64,000 bases of DNA from Chrysochromulina tobinii (GCA_001275005.1 JWZX01003407.1:1-64000), one strand, 5' to 3'. Positions 53,862 to 64,000 are shown, counted from the first letter of the stretch. The notes: generated by a model not told the origin, from the sequence alone. Made by a program: numbers and translations.

Positions 53862-56078
53862 ATGCCGCACGCCATGAATCATCTTGAGAAAGCGAAGATT
53901 TCTCAGGAGCTCGTCACCATGGGCTTCGGAATCGACTTGGCACAAAAGGCCGTCGAGAACATGCACGGCCGCTCGCTGGAAGCTGCCCTCGACTGGCTGA
54001 CTGAAAGCGCGCCGCAAGCACCGATCGCCTCGCAGGCTGACATTGAACATGTCATGCTAGCCGCTGCCGTTGATCAGTCCATCGACGACGATGAAGAGCT
54101 GGTTCGGAGGTCGTGGATGTCGTTTTCGGCCGCTTCGAAGGTCGGTGTCGCTGCTTCTGCGGAGCCCGAGCCGACGGAGCTACCTCCGGCGGCGCCAGCT
54201 GCCTTTGTCGCCGATGCGACCGAGGCTGTGACGAGGAGGCGACTGCTGCAGCTGCAGCAAGTCACCAACCCGATGGCCATCGCCAAGGCGGCTGTGCTGC
54301 TCCGCCGCCGGGCCAACTCGATCCGTCGGGGCAGCTCGATCCGTCGGGCGAGCTCGATTCGTCGGACCGAGTCGATGCGCGCATCCGTGGGCATTCCTGA
54401 GGAGCACGCCGCACTAGCGCCGCCATCGGTCGGGCAGCTCGAGCCTTCGGGCGCGCCTATGGAGCCTCCGCCTAACGTGGAGGGCTTGCCCGCTCGCGAG
54501 GCGGCCATCGTGCTGGGCAAACATCTGCTTGGGCAGCGGCTCAAGGCGCTGCGCCTCGAGCAAATCTCTGTGAGCGACGATGGTGCTTGCCAGTTCCGGG
54601 GGTTCTCGCAGCATCTGTATGGGAGCCAAAAGTACCACCTCTCCATACGGCATGCAGTGGTGGAACACATGGCCAGGGAGAGTGCCTACTATGGACTCAT
54701 GTTTGACGAGGACGAGTTCGAGCCGTATCTGGCGGGGATGCGTCGCTCGAATACCTGGGGCGATGAGCTCACACTTCGTGCCTTTGCGGACGCGTACACG
54801 GTGTTCGTGCATGTGATCACTTCGACAGGCGACCACTGGCATCTGCAGTACCCGCCCGCGGGCGGCGCGCCTCCAAAGAGGCACGTCTTCCTCAGCTACA
54901 CGAGCCCGGTGCACTACGACGCGATCACCGCCTCGGCACCGCTCGACGACTCGCAGCAGCCTGCAGTGCTCGCGCAGGCGCTCGCCACGTCGCCGCCCTC
55001 TGCTTTGAGTCCGAAGACCCTCAAGGAGGCGCGCGAGGATGTCTACGTCGAGGTCGGGTACGAGCTCAAGGTCTTCAAGTTCGAGCAGGGCAAGCTCGGC
55101 ATCGAATTCAGCGGCAAGATAGTTGGCGATGCCGCCATCTTGAAGGTTGTGGGTGTTCTACCCGACACGCAAGCGGCGAAGCTGGGCGTGCCCGTGGGCT
55201 CGATCATGAAGCTGGTCGGCAAGAATGACGTCACAACGATGACGTCGTTGGACGAGGTCACCAACGTGATCGCTACCGAGCCGTTGCAGTATGAGGTCAC
55301 GATGACTGTCCCGCTGCAAAAGGAGGAAACCACTGGTACGGGCGGCGGAGCCGCTGCGGCGGCGGCCCCATCTCCAATGGGATCTCCAACATCTTTAACA
55401 TCTTTAACGGGATCTCCAACGGGATCTGCGGCCCAGGGCATCAACATGCTGAAGCGCGGCACGACCGCGCTCAAGTTTGGTCGGCAGGGCAGGCCCCACC
55501 CAGCTATCTTTCGACTCTCTGATGACGAGGCGGTGCTCAGCTGGGAAGACGGTCGCAGTGGAATCACCGGCTCGCTTTCCAATCTGGCAGGGTCGGCCTT
55601 GGGCAAGAAGCGGTCGGTTCGAATTGCCGAATGCGCGATGCTCCTAGTCGGTGCTGAGTCTGAAGTCTTCCGCAGGAGCTACGAGGGAGACAGCAGTGAC
55701 TCGTCGCTATGCTTCTCGCTGCTCATCGACGACGGGTCCAGCAGGTCACACGAGGCCGACTCATCCGGTCATGCAGCACTCAATAAGGACACGCTCGACG
55801 TGCGCTGCACCGACGATGTCTCCTTCGCGCACTGGGTGGCGGCGCTGAACGTGCTGCTCGCCGACGCGGCCAACGCGGCAGCCGGTGGCATGGGCACTGA
55901 GCAAGAGAGGCGGGCAAGGTCGCTCGCCCGTTCGGCGCCCCGGCTACACAAGGAGCTCCTCGACCGCGAGACTGCCGCCGAGGCCGAGCTGAAAGCGCAG
56001 GCGGAGGCGGAGGCGGCGCGGTGGTTGGCGAATGTCGACCGGAGGGCCCAGCTCACGAGCCCCGGTTTCACGCTCTGA
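53862..56078 (+). CDS. OTU deubiquitinase with UBA, UIM-like, PDZ-like and PH-like domains
   Basis: UBA 'LVTMGF...LEAALDWL'; OTU 'DDGACQFR...WGDELTL...HYD'; PDZ 'GKLGIEF...VVGVLPDTQAAKLGVPVGS'; PH 'LKRGTTALKFGRQGRPH..FRLSDDEAVLSW...FAHWVAAL'. Confidence 0.85.
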   Translation: MPHAMNHLEKAKISQELVTMGFGIDLAQKAVENMHGRSLEAALDWLTESAPQAPIASQADIEHVMLAAAVDQSIDDDEELVRRSWMSFSAASKVGVAASAEPEPTELPPAAPAAFVADATEAVTRRRLLQLQQVTNPMAIAKAAVLLRRRANSIRRGSSIRRASSIRRTESMRASVGIPEEHAALAPPSVGQLEPSGAPMEPPPNVEGLPAREAAIVLGKHLLGQRLKALRLEQISVSDDGACQFRGFSQHLYGSQKYHLSIRHAVVEHMARESAYYGLMFDEDEFEPYLAGMRRSNTWGDELTLRAFADAYTVFVHVITSTGDHWHLQYPPAGGAPPKRHVFLSYTSPVHYDAITASAPLDDSQQPAVLAQALATSPPSALSPKTLKEAREDVYVEVGYELKVFKFEQGKLGIEFSGKIVGDAAILKVVGVLPDTQAAKLGVPVGSIMKLVGKNDVTTMTSLDEVTNVIATEPLQYEVTMTVPLQKEETTGTGGGAAAAAAPSPMGSPTSLTSLTGSPTGSAAQGINMLKRGTTALKFGRQGRPHPAIFRLSDDEAVLSWEDGRSGITGSLSNLAGSALGKKRSVRIAECAMLLVGAESEVFRRSYEGDSSDSSLCFSLLIDDGSSRSHEADSSGHAALNKDTLDVRCTDDVSFAHWVAALNVLLADAANAAAGGMGTEQERRARSLARSAPRLHKELLDRETAAEAELKAQAEAEAARWLANVDRRAQLTSPGFTL

Positions 56079-56374
56079 AACCGACACCATCTTTCAAAAC
56101 TGTTTCCTGTGTCCTTTACTCGTATACAGGACCGGGGGACACAACAACGTGAGCGCGGCAGGGGCAGCGCGCCCGGCGTGCGGCGCGTGCGTGTTTGCGC
56201 CGCGCCGTTCAACTTGCATCCTGTCCGTATGATGTTTGTGAACGTTAACACGACAGACGCGACAACTGGCGTTTGTGTGAAGCTGTGAACGTTACCGGTA
56301 CCATGTGTCTGGCTGCGGAATCCCATGCACAGAAAACGAAACTCGTGACTGAGTGAGATCGAAGGCTCCCGAAG

Positions 56375-57679
56375 ATGGTGCTTCTGTTCGTGGTCGCCGC
56401 AGCGTCGTGGTCGTCGCCGCATGTGTTGCGAACGCCATTATCTGTAAGAATGGTGGCTTCCGTCGCACCCACTGCTGACACGCTGCCGATTGTCACTCCT
56501 CTGTATTCCGGGCTTAAAGGCAAGGCCCTGGCACCAGACTTTCTCGAGAATGTGCCGAGCAAAGCGGAGGTGCGAGCGGTTGTGCCAGATTGGTGCTATC
56601 AGCGCGATACATTACGTTCGCTCAGCCACCTCCTTCAGTCGCTGGTTGCCACAGGAGTCACGGCTTCTGTCGGGCTGCTCATCCCGCTCAAACTTGTTGC
56701 CCTTCCGCTGTGGCTTGCTTACGCTGCTGCGACAGGAACTGCAGCCATGGGCCTATGGGTGCTAGCTCACGAATGCGGGCACGGCGCGTTTTCCGACAAT
56801 CGTTTCCTACAAGATGCGGTGGGTTTCGTGCTGCACTCGGTGCTCCTCGTGCCCTACTTCAGCTGGCAGCGTTCGCACGCTGTCCACCACTCACGAACGA
56901 ACCACATCTTTGAAGGCGAGACGCACGTCCCAAGCGTGGTGGGTGGCCGCGAGGGCCTTGAGACGCCTGGTGGCGATGAGAACCTCAACTTGGCTGCACG
57001 AATGGGCGCGGATGGCCATGCGCGTTACCAGCTCTTCGGCCACCTCACAATCGGATGGCCTTCTTACATCTTGGCGGGCCTCACGGGAGGAGGAAAGTAT
57101 GGGCACTCGAACCACTTCTGGCCGTATATGCCTTTGAACTCTGAGACTGCCGTGAGGCATTTGTGGCCCAACAAATGGCCCCAGCGTGTGCTGCAGTCGA
57201 CGGCTGGCGTCGCCGCGGTGCTCGCGCTGCTCGGCGCTTGGGCGCGGCATGCGGGTGCAGCGACGGTGTGGGCCTTTTACGTCGGGCCCTACCTTGTTGT
57301 CAACGCATGGCTCATCGTGTACACCTGGTTGCAGCACACCGACGTCGACGTGCCACATCTCGGCAATGATGACTTCACGTACATGCGTGGCGCCTTCCAC
57401 ACCATAGACCGGCCATACCCGAAGTTGATCGATTGGCTGCACCATCGCATCGGATCCACGCATGTCGCCCATCACATCGACTGCACGATTCCGCACTACC
57501 ACGCGCGCGCAGCCACGGACGCGATCGCGGCCGCCTTCCCCAAGGTGTACCTGCACGAGCCCACACCTATTCACAAGGCGCTCTGGCGGATAGCCAAGGA
57601 CTGCATCGCCGTCAAGCAGCGCTCTGCGGACGACTCTCGCTACGTGTTCGTCCCTCTTGCGCAATGGGCCAAGCAGTAA
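56375..57679 (+). CDS. Delta-12/omega-3 type fatty acid desaturase (FAD2/FAD3 family), probable plastid leader
   Basis: Three His boxes HECGH, HAVHH and HVAHH; 'VPYFSWQRSH', 'TWLQHT', 'IPHYHA'. Confidence 0.95.
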   Translation: MVLLFVVAAASWSSPHVLRTPLSVRMVASVAPTADTLPIVTPLYSGLKGKALAPDFLENVPSKAEVRAVVPDWCYQRDTLRSLSHLLQSLVATGVTASVGLLIPLKLVALPLWLAYAAATGTAAMGLWVLAHECGHGAFSDNRFLQDAVGFVLHSVLLVPYFSWQRSHAVHHSRTNHIFEGETHVPSVVGGREGLETPGGDENLNLAARMGADGHARYQLFGHLTIGWPSYILAGLTGGGKYGHSNHFWPYMPLNSETAVRHLWPNKWPQRVLQSTAGVAAVLALLGAWARHAGAATVWAFYVGPYLVVNAWLIVYTWLQHTDVDVPHLGNDDFTYMRGAFHTIDRPYPKLIDWLHHRIGSTHVAHHIDCTIPHYHARAATDAIAAAFPKVYLHEPTPIHKALWRIAKDCIAVKQRSADDSRYVFVPLAQWAKQ

Positions 57680-58841
57680 AATGGCCGCTGCGCTCCGACC
57701 CCGTTGAGGTGAGAACGCAGCGGACAGGGAGCGGGTGCCCAAGCCCAGCACATATTGGGTGGAGAGAAGCATTCATTCCGCTGCAGACCTGCTCGATACA
57801 CATACCGTACCCCGGACCAGCACCATGATTGCTTGGATCTCTCTCAACCGAACATGGCCACGCCTTCGCCACACCGTGGGCTTCAATAATGGACCCAGCC
57901 CCGGAGATAAAGCCCTCAAGCCGCAGGCTCTGTCAGCGTGCTTGCCGTGGCGAATGAACCGGCGGTCCCACCGACTACAGTTCATCCGCACAATACAATC
58001 CGATTGTGGACCCAACCGAATGCGGCCGAGCGATAGTCGACGGTGTCTCGGCGCATCGGCTGTGGTTTCGGACTGGTGTCGCTGTCGGTCGCTCGCCGCG
58101 GGGTCGAGCCGGTGTGAATTTAGGTGTGAATGCTTACACGGTCGGTTAAAAGTTGTGGTCAAGTTGTCGGCGAGCCGCAGTGAGGTCACGAACCCCAGAC
58201 GGGCACCCGAGACGCGAGAGGCCCCACTTGCGTCGCTTGCCGCACTACATCGCATGTACATCAGAAGCACCTACAATAGTACCGTAATAGAACCTCCCGC
58301 ACACGACATGGCTGCGCCCGTGCTACGATGAGTGCCGCGGTACCACGCCCGGCCCAGACGTGTGCGTTACTGGATCTGCATCTGGAAATCGTAGGGGGGC
58401 GAGCTCCGCACGCCCACGCGGGACGCGGGACGGGCGACGTGCATTGCTGTTCATGTCGGCGTGCAGCATTGTCTCCCCTACATCAGGCTGCACTCCCCGT
58501 CCGTCCCCAGACCCGGCGCTGCCGCCCGATTCAACTCAGGGTACCCGCGCCACATGCAACCCACACCCCGAACAGAAGTCTACATGGGCTGAGGGCCAAG
58601 AAGGCCTAGCCCAACTCTTTGGCCACACGAAGGAATGGATGATTGCCGATTGCCAGCACCTATCTGCCCATGCTTCGAGAGTGCGCAGGCACTCCATGGC
58701 TTCCACGAGTGACCGCAGTCTATGTACAGAGGGGACGGCTGCCGAAGGAGCTGTATGCCAAGAAGCAAGCGAATAGCTGGGAGCACTAGCGTGCCTCCGT
58801 GCTCCGTGCTCAGCAGTCGACGCCTCGGCTGCCCGCATCTC

Positions 58842-61800
58842 TCAAGGGCGGAGCTCATTCGAGGGGTCGCGTTGCTGCGTGCGCGGCATGGTTCGCCCGG
58901 CAGCCGTGGGTGGCTGCGTGGTCGCTGGTGTGCGCTTCCAAACGACGCGCTTGGTCGCCTCTGACACCTTTGGCGGCGTGACTACCGGCTGGAGCAGGCA
59001 GCCGAGGGCCTGCGAAGTTCGTCCAGTCGGCGGCCGGCGTGAGTCAAACGAGAGCACCACCGCCTGACGCGTGCCCGTGCGCCGCTCGTAGAGGGCCTCT
59101 ACGCTGAGAGCTGTGGGGAACTCGTCCAGCAGGCGCATGGGGGAGACGTGCTGCGCCAGGTCGCGTACGAGCATCGTCAACGGCACGAGTGGGCGCCGAT
59201 TGTCGACCACAGTCGGGGCCGCCGACGAGGCCGCCGATGAGGCCAATACCTTCGATGCCGTGAAGGCAGCGGTCGAAGTGGCCGGGTCGGAGGGCTGCGA
59301 GGGTTTCTCGTACGGTGCGGGCGCCATCGCAAACACTGCGAGTGGCGGCGCCGACAGCGCCGCCGGGGCAAGGTCAATGCGCGGGGCGGCAGGGAGTGCA
59401 AGCGACGCATCCGCAGTCAGGTTGGCGACGGCGACCAGGTGCTCATCGAGGTCGATGCGGGCCGCCGCGGCTGAGCGGAGCATGCGCTCCCGCTTGAAGG
59501 ACTCCCTCGCCGCGGCCGCCCGGGCGGCAGCCGCAGCCACCTCGTCCGCTTCTGCCGCAGCCGCGGCCGCCTCGGTGCGCTTCTGCATACGCTCGAGCTC
59601 GGCGGCGAGAGTAGCGCCGTGCGCCTCCGCTCTGCGTCGCGCCGTCTCGAGTGCCTTGACCTGCGAGCGCGTCGTCTCGGCCACCGCGGCCGCCTCTTCG
59701 TGCGCCACGGCGAGGGCCGCCTTGGCTTTCTCTGCCTCGGTACGCAGCGCGGCCGCCTTCGCATCCGCATCGACGGCGAGCTTGCGCCGGCTCTCGCGCT
59801 CCTGCGCGAGCTGCTCGCGCGTGCGCTTGAGCTGCAGATCGGTCTCTAGGAGTTGCACGTCGCCCTGGGACATCGCGGCGTAGATTTCATGCTTCAGACG
59901 CTCGAGCTCCACGTTGGCGAGCGCGAGCGCCTCCTCGGCCTGCGCCGCGCGCCCCGCGTACCTCTCGGCCGAGCCGCGCGCCGCCTTGGCGTCTGTGCGG
60001 GCCTGCTGGAGCGCACCCTCCGCCGCGCGCTCCGCCGCCTTCGCCGCTTGCAGCTTCGCATCGAGCTCGCTCTTCTCGGCCTCCATCTCGGCACGCTGCA
60101 GCCCTTGCGTCGCAAGCTCCTGCTCGCGCCGCGTGTGTGCCGCCTGCAGGTCGGCGCGGAAGTGCGCCTCGCGCTGCTCCCACTGCACCTGCACGCGCAT
60201 CTGCTGCGCCGCGTGCGCCTCCTCCGCCTCTGCCAGCTGCTGCCGAAGCTGCGCGCTCGCCGCGGCGGCATCGGCGGCCGCACGCGCGGCACTCATGGCC
60301 TGCGCCTGCTGCGCGCGGCGCGCCTCCTGCGCCTGCTCGCGCGCCGAGTTGAGCTCGAGCTGGAGCGACGCCACACGCGCGTGTGCCGTGACGCCCATCG
60401 CGCTCAACTCGGCGCTCTCGCTCTGTTCCTCGGCTGCCCGGGTCGCCCGTGCGAGCGTCGCCTCGAGCGCCGTCACACGCTCCTGGGCGAGAGCCGCGCG
60501 AGTCCGCTCCTCGTCGGCGCGCGACGCCTCGGCCTCGGCGAGAGACGAGAGGTGCGCCGCCGACGCCTCGGCCTTGGCGAGAGCCTGGGCCGCCTCGGCC
60601 GCCTCGGTCACCGCCGCCGCCGCACGCTCGCGCTCCGCGGCCGCGCTCGCCTCCGACTCCCGCAGCGCTTGCCGGAGCGTATGTACTTCGGCCAGCGCGG
60701 CCTGCACGCGCCTGCGCCGCGCCGCGAGCAGCTTCGTGAGGAGCTGGCGCCGCCGCTCCGCCTCCTCGCGCACGCGCGTGAGCTCAGCCGCATGGCTCAC
60801 CTGCACAGCGCTCTTCGCATGGTCCTCTATGAGCGTGCGTTGGGCGGTGAGCTTGTAAGCGAGCGCCGCCGTCGCGTCCATCTGGCGCTCGAGCTCGGCA
60901 CGCTGCGCGTGCGCTGCCTCGAGCGCTGCCTCGCCACGCGCGAGCCGCCGGGCATACTCAGCGAGTCGCTTCTCGGCTTCCTCCAGATCGGCGGCGCGCC
61001 GCTCTGCCAACGATTCGATCGCCCCCCGCTCGGCGCTCGTCAAGTTGAGCTCTGCCTGCAGGAGGAGCATGGACTCCTCGAGAGCGGCGTGCGAGCGGCG
61101 CAGGCTGTGCGCATGCACGCCCAAGGCGACCGCGCCCGCCACCGCCGACGCCGCACCCGCCGCCACCGCTGCGGGCGCCTCGGTTATCGCGACCAAGGCG
61201 CCCGCATGCGTAGCCTGCCCCGCAGCGGCGGCGTGCACTGCCGCGCTAGTGGCCGCGCTCGAGGCCCGCGCGATGGCAGAGCTCGTGAGAGCCTTGGTGC
61301 TCGCAGCCAGCGCGCCGCTCACCTCGCGCGCCGTCGCCTCGGGGTCTGCACGCACGCGCGCGGCGAAGCCCTGGGCGCCGTCTCGGGCGCTCGTCGCCAG
61401 GTATCGGGCGCTCGTCGCCGCGTGTGTTGTCGCTTGTACCGACGCGGCGACGACGGGGGTGACCGCCGCACGCACGTCGTGGGCGGCGCGGGAGAGGCCG
61501 GCCGAGGTCGCCGTCGACGCCGCGGCGAGCGCGGACGAGGTGGAGGCGGCTGCGGCCGTAGCTGCCTCGCGCGCTTGGCCGATACGGCCGGCGACTGCCT
61601 CCGCACGGCGGCGGAAGACGGTCGTGGGCGCCATGCCGCGCATGAGGCGATTGGTGTTGTCCTCGGCGATGTGGCTAGCTCCTGATGCCGCCGGCGTGCG
61701 TTGCGAAGAGATAGCGACCGCTGAAGGCATGTCATACGCGGTGGAGGGGGGCCCCAACAGGTTCCCCATGAGGCCGAGAGGGAGGCCGAGAAGGGCGGCC

Positions 61801-62069
61801 GTGAGGCACGCGCGCGCGACCGCACGGACGATCATGCTCTGGACGAAGCGGAAGACGTTGAAAAGCACCGTGAGCGGCGCAGCCGGCTGGGCGGCCAGAG
61901 GAGAGCGCGCCGCCGCCATGATCGGCAAAGCGACGAGCGCCGTGGCCCCAGGAGGCCAATGGACTGCAATCTGGGGGGGCGCGGTTGAGAGGGCATGTGC
62001 GCCGGGCAGTCTTGACGGGCCTGTGGGCGCGTAAGCGCCCACGATGGCGAGGATGGCCGTGGCTATCAT
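58842..62069 (-). CDS. Large Ala-rich coiled-coil protein with signal-peptide-like leader and hydrophobic segments
   Basis: 1075-codon ORF; MIATAILAIVGAY leader; long A/E/R/Q heptad region. The exact 3' end is uncertain. Confidence 0.7.
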   Translation of the reverse strand: MIATAILAIVGAYAPTGPSRLPGAHALSTAPPQIAVHWPPGATALVALPIMAAARSPLAAQPAAPLTVLFNVFRFVQSMIVRAVARACLTAALLGLPLGLMGNLLGPPSTAYDMPSAVAISSQRTPAASGASHIAEDNTNRLMRGMAPTTVFRRRAEAVAGRIGQAREAATAAAASTSSALAAASTATSAGLSRAAHDVRAAVTPVVAASVQATTHAATSARYLATSARDGAQGFAARVRADPEATAREVSGALAASTKALTSSAIARASSAATSAAVHAAAAGQATHAGALVAITEAPAAVAAGAASAVAGAVALGVHAHSLRRSHAALEESMLLLQAELNLTSAERGAIESLAERRAADLEEAEKRLAEYARRLARGEAALEAAHAQRAELERQMDATAALAYKLTAQRTLIEDHAKSAVQVSHAAELTRVREEAERRRQLLTKLLAARRRRVQAALAEVHTLRQALRESEASAAAERERAAAAVTEAAEAAQALAKAEASAAHLSSLAEAEASRADEERTRAALAQERVTALEATLARATRAAEEQSESAELSAMGVTAHARVASLQLELNSAREQAQEARRAQQAQAMSAARAAADAAAASAQLRQQLAEAEEAHAAQQMRVQVQWEQREAHFRADLQAAHTRREQELATQGLQRAEMEAEKSELDAKLQAAKAAERAAEGALQQARTDAKAARGSAERYAGRAAQAEEALALANVELERLKHEIYAAMSQGDVQLLETDLQLKRTREQLAQERESRRKLAVDADAKAAALRTEAEKAKAALAVAHEEAAAVAETTRSQVKALETARRRAEAHGATLAAELERMQKRTEAAAAAAEADEVAAAAARAAAARESFKRERMLRSAAAARIDLDEHLVAVANLTADASLALPAAPRIDLAPAALSAPPLAVFAMAPAPYEKPSQPSDPATSTAAFTASKVLASSAASSAAPTVVDNRRPLVPLTMLVRDLAQHVSPMRLLDEFPTALSVEALYERRTGTRQAVVLSFDSRRPPTGRTSQALGCLLQPVVTPPKVSEATKRVVWKRTPATTQPPTAAGRTMPRTQQRDPSNELRP

Positions 62070-62380
62070 TTTGGCGGGGGGAAAGAGATGATGAGCCGTC
62101 CGCCCGCGATCCCGCGACGAGGTGCACGGACGGCTTTTTGGTCGAACGCCACGCTACAATTGTATCCACATACCACACATGCATCATCAGTGCGCCGCGT
62201 GCCTCCGGTCTGACGAGCCGTCTCGACGGCCGCGCGGGCTCCCGGAAAGCGCGCCGCCGCCCTCGTCGGCACGCCTCTCTCTACTTCAGATCTTCAGTCT
62301 ACACGCGCTTCAAAGCCCAGGTCATGCCCAGGGCGCGCGGCACGACGCAGCCTTCCAAGAAGATTCCAAAGATGTCAGAG

Positions 62381-63262
62381 TCAGATGCTGAGGGCACGCG
62401 TGACGGCCACCATGCTGTTGACAACAGCTAACGAAAACAGATCGAATGGCAGCTGCAGGAAAGCCCCTGCCCAACTCATCGTGGCCGACAGCGCCATAGG
62501 CGGGTCTGCCGCCATGAGCAGCCGCAATGGGCCGGGAAGCACACCGAGCAGAACGAGGAAGAGCAGGGGTGTCGCCGCCACCGCACGGGCTGGCTTCAAC
62601 ATCTGCACGACCGAGGACGCAACGAACACGGCAAGAAGTGCACTGTGCTCGTAGCTCGCTAGCACCAGTGACCGTCGAATGGCAAGCCATGCTAGCAGTG
62701 CACCGCTGAACGGCGGCAGGTAGCTCCCGAAGGTCGCCCCTGCAGTCGCCATCTGGAGCATAGCATCCTGTAGCACCGTCGCAATCTGGAGCATGACCGC
62801 GCCGAGCAGGACTGCGATGGTCAGCGCCGTGCGAATGACCTTCTGGAATGCGGCCACAACCAGGAGCGTGCCCTTCTTCGGAAGCAGCAACGCCGGTTGG
62901 AAATTGGGTGCGATCAGTGACGGCGACCTGGAGGCCGCGAAGGCGGAAACCGCACCATTCGTTTTGGTCACCATGGGTGGCGAAGGCGAGGCGACTGGCC
63001 GCAAAGCGCCATCCGCAAAGCCCGTCTGCGTGCGCTCCTGGAGGCAGCGCTTGGCAAGTTGCAGCTCCTCTATCGTCTCGCGCAGCGAGGGTAACGCCTC
63101 CGAGTCCAGCTCGTTGAGGTACTCGATTGTTTTTGCGATCTCACGATTGATCAGGGCTTGATCAATGCTAGCCGAGGCACACACAATCGAGTATCGTACT
63201 GAAGTCACGGGCAGCGGCGCCAGCAATGGCGGCACGTGTAGCACCGGTATCGCGGCGATCAT
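62381..63262 (-). CDS. Hypothetical multi-pass membrane protein
   Basis: ATG ORF with a short coiled coil followed by 4-5 hydrophobic helices. Confidence 0.55.
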   Translation of the reverse strand: MIAAIPVLHVPPLLAPLPVTSVRYSIVCASASIDQALINREIAKTIEYLNELDSEALPSLRETIEELQLAKRCLQERTQTGFADGALRPVASPSPPMVTKTNGAVSAFAASRSPSLIAPNFQPALLLPKKGTLLVVAAFQKVIRTALTIAVLLGAVMLQIATVLQDAMLQMATAGATFGSYLPPFSGALLAWLAIRRSLVLASYEHSALLAVFVASSVVQMLKPARAVAATPLLFLVLLGVLPGPLRLLMAADPPMALSATMSWAGAFLQLPFDLFSLAVVNSMVAVTRALSI

Positions 63263-63544
63263 CGAATGCTACAGGAATCCTGTCGAGAGAACACCTCTCC
63301 TCTCAGACACAAGTGTGACAAGCGAAGCGGCATTTGCCCTAAACCGCGTGATGTGGGGAATGTGGTTTGTTTATCACGGGCTACAGGAATCTGAAACAGC
63401 GCGTATCTGCTGTGATCGGCCGCCGAGAGGAAATCCCGCGACCTCCAATTTTGTCTTCTTTCGCCTGGCTTGTTTTTGGCATTTTCACGGCCCACGTTCA
63501 AAAGAATCGCACCCAAGACCAATGTCTTCCGGCGTGCTGCTCCC

Positions 63545-63907
63545 ATGAATGGCTCTAATCCAATCGCGGACGCCGCCCGCAGCTGGCTGACAGAAGCTGT
63601 CTGTTGCGTGCGGCGCAAAGTGCCAGGCAAGCGCGATGAATATGATGCGCTCAAGCAGGCTCTTCTTCGGAAGAAGGAAGAGGTTCGACGACTTCAGGAG
63701 CAGTGTGCAGCTCTTGAAAAAAAGGCCAGCACGGACGAACAGCCACTGGACGTGCTGCCCACAGATGAAGCCGCGAAGCGCATACAGGCGGTACACCGGG
63801 GGCATCTATCGCGTCGCGGTGACGGGCAGCAAAGCAGTGAGGGGTACCGACCAGCTTCACACTCTAGTGCGATGGGTGGCGGAGGATCCACAATTTTGCA
63901 TGAATAA
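63545..63907 (+). CDS. Small coiled-coil protein with IQ calmodulin-binding motif
   Basis: 'AAKRIQAVHRGHLSRR' fits IQxxxRGxxxR; preceded by a coiled coil. Confidence 0.7.
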   Translation: MNGSNPIADAARSWLTEAVCCVRRKVPGKRDEYDALKQALLRKKEEVRRLQEQCAALEKKASTDEQPLDVLPTDEAAKRIQAVHRGHLSRRGDGQQSSEGYRPASHSSAMGGGGSTILHE

Positions 63908-64000
63908 TAAGGGGCCAAGGCCAAGAGCTGGTGTTCCGTCTCTGCGTCGCTGTGTCGGTTCACGAACTATACGAGGATTATATGGGCCCAGGGGGCTAGG

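Noticed and set aside
55371..55428. Nested short repeats (tctccaa/atctttaac) in the OTU gene
   Set aside because: In-frame low-complexity S/P/T linker expansion with no sign of separate function.

Overview
GC-rich, very gene-dense eukaryotic nuclear DNA, most consistent with a haptophyte alga. This is inference from the gene content, plastid-type leaders, short GT-AG introns and a Sec-containing MsrA. About 33 protein genes are supported. They include UPF1, GPATCH1, AATF, NDUFB8, CHCHD5, EMC6, a Sec66-domain protein, DXS, a FadE-type acyl-CoA dehydrogenase, a cis-prenyltransferase, AspAT, a KMO-like monooxygenase, an omega-type desaturase and several unusual domain fusions. The ORF track misses a selenoprotein MsrA (GUFWG) with a well-formed 3'-UTR SECIS, and a 951-bp TIR transposon with an 8-bp TSD. 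Genes are mostly head-to-head pairs with ATG-ATG gaps near 150 or 300 bp. The longer intergenic spacers, mostly between convergent gene ends, have a 'mirror-image' word composition and carry the palindrome TACATGTA. A few single-base frameshifts and a noisy tandem duplicate suggest residual assembly errors. All calls come from reading the sequence by eye; no searches were run.
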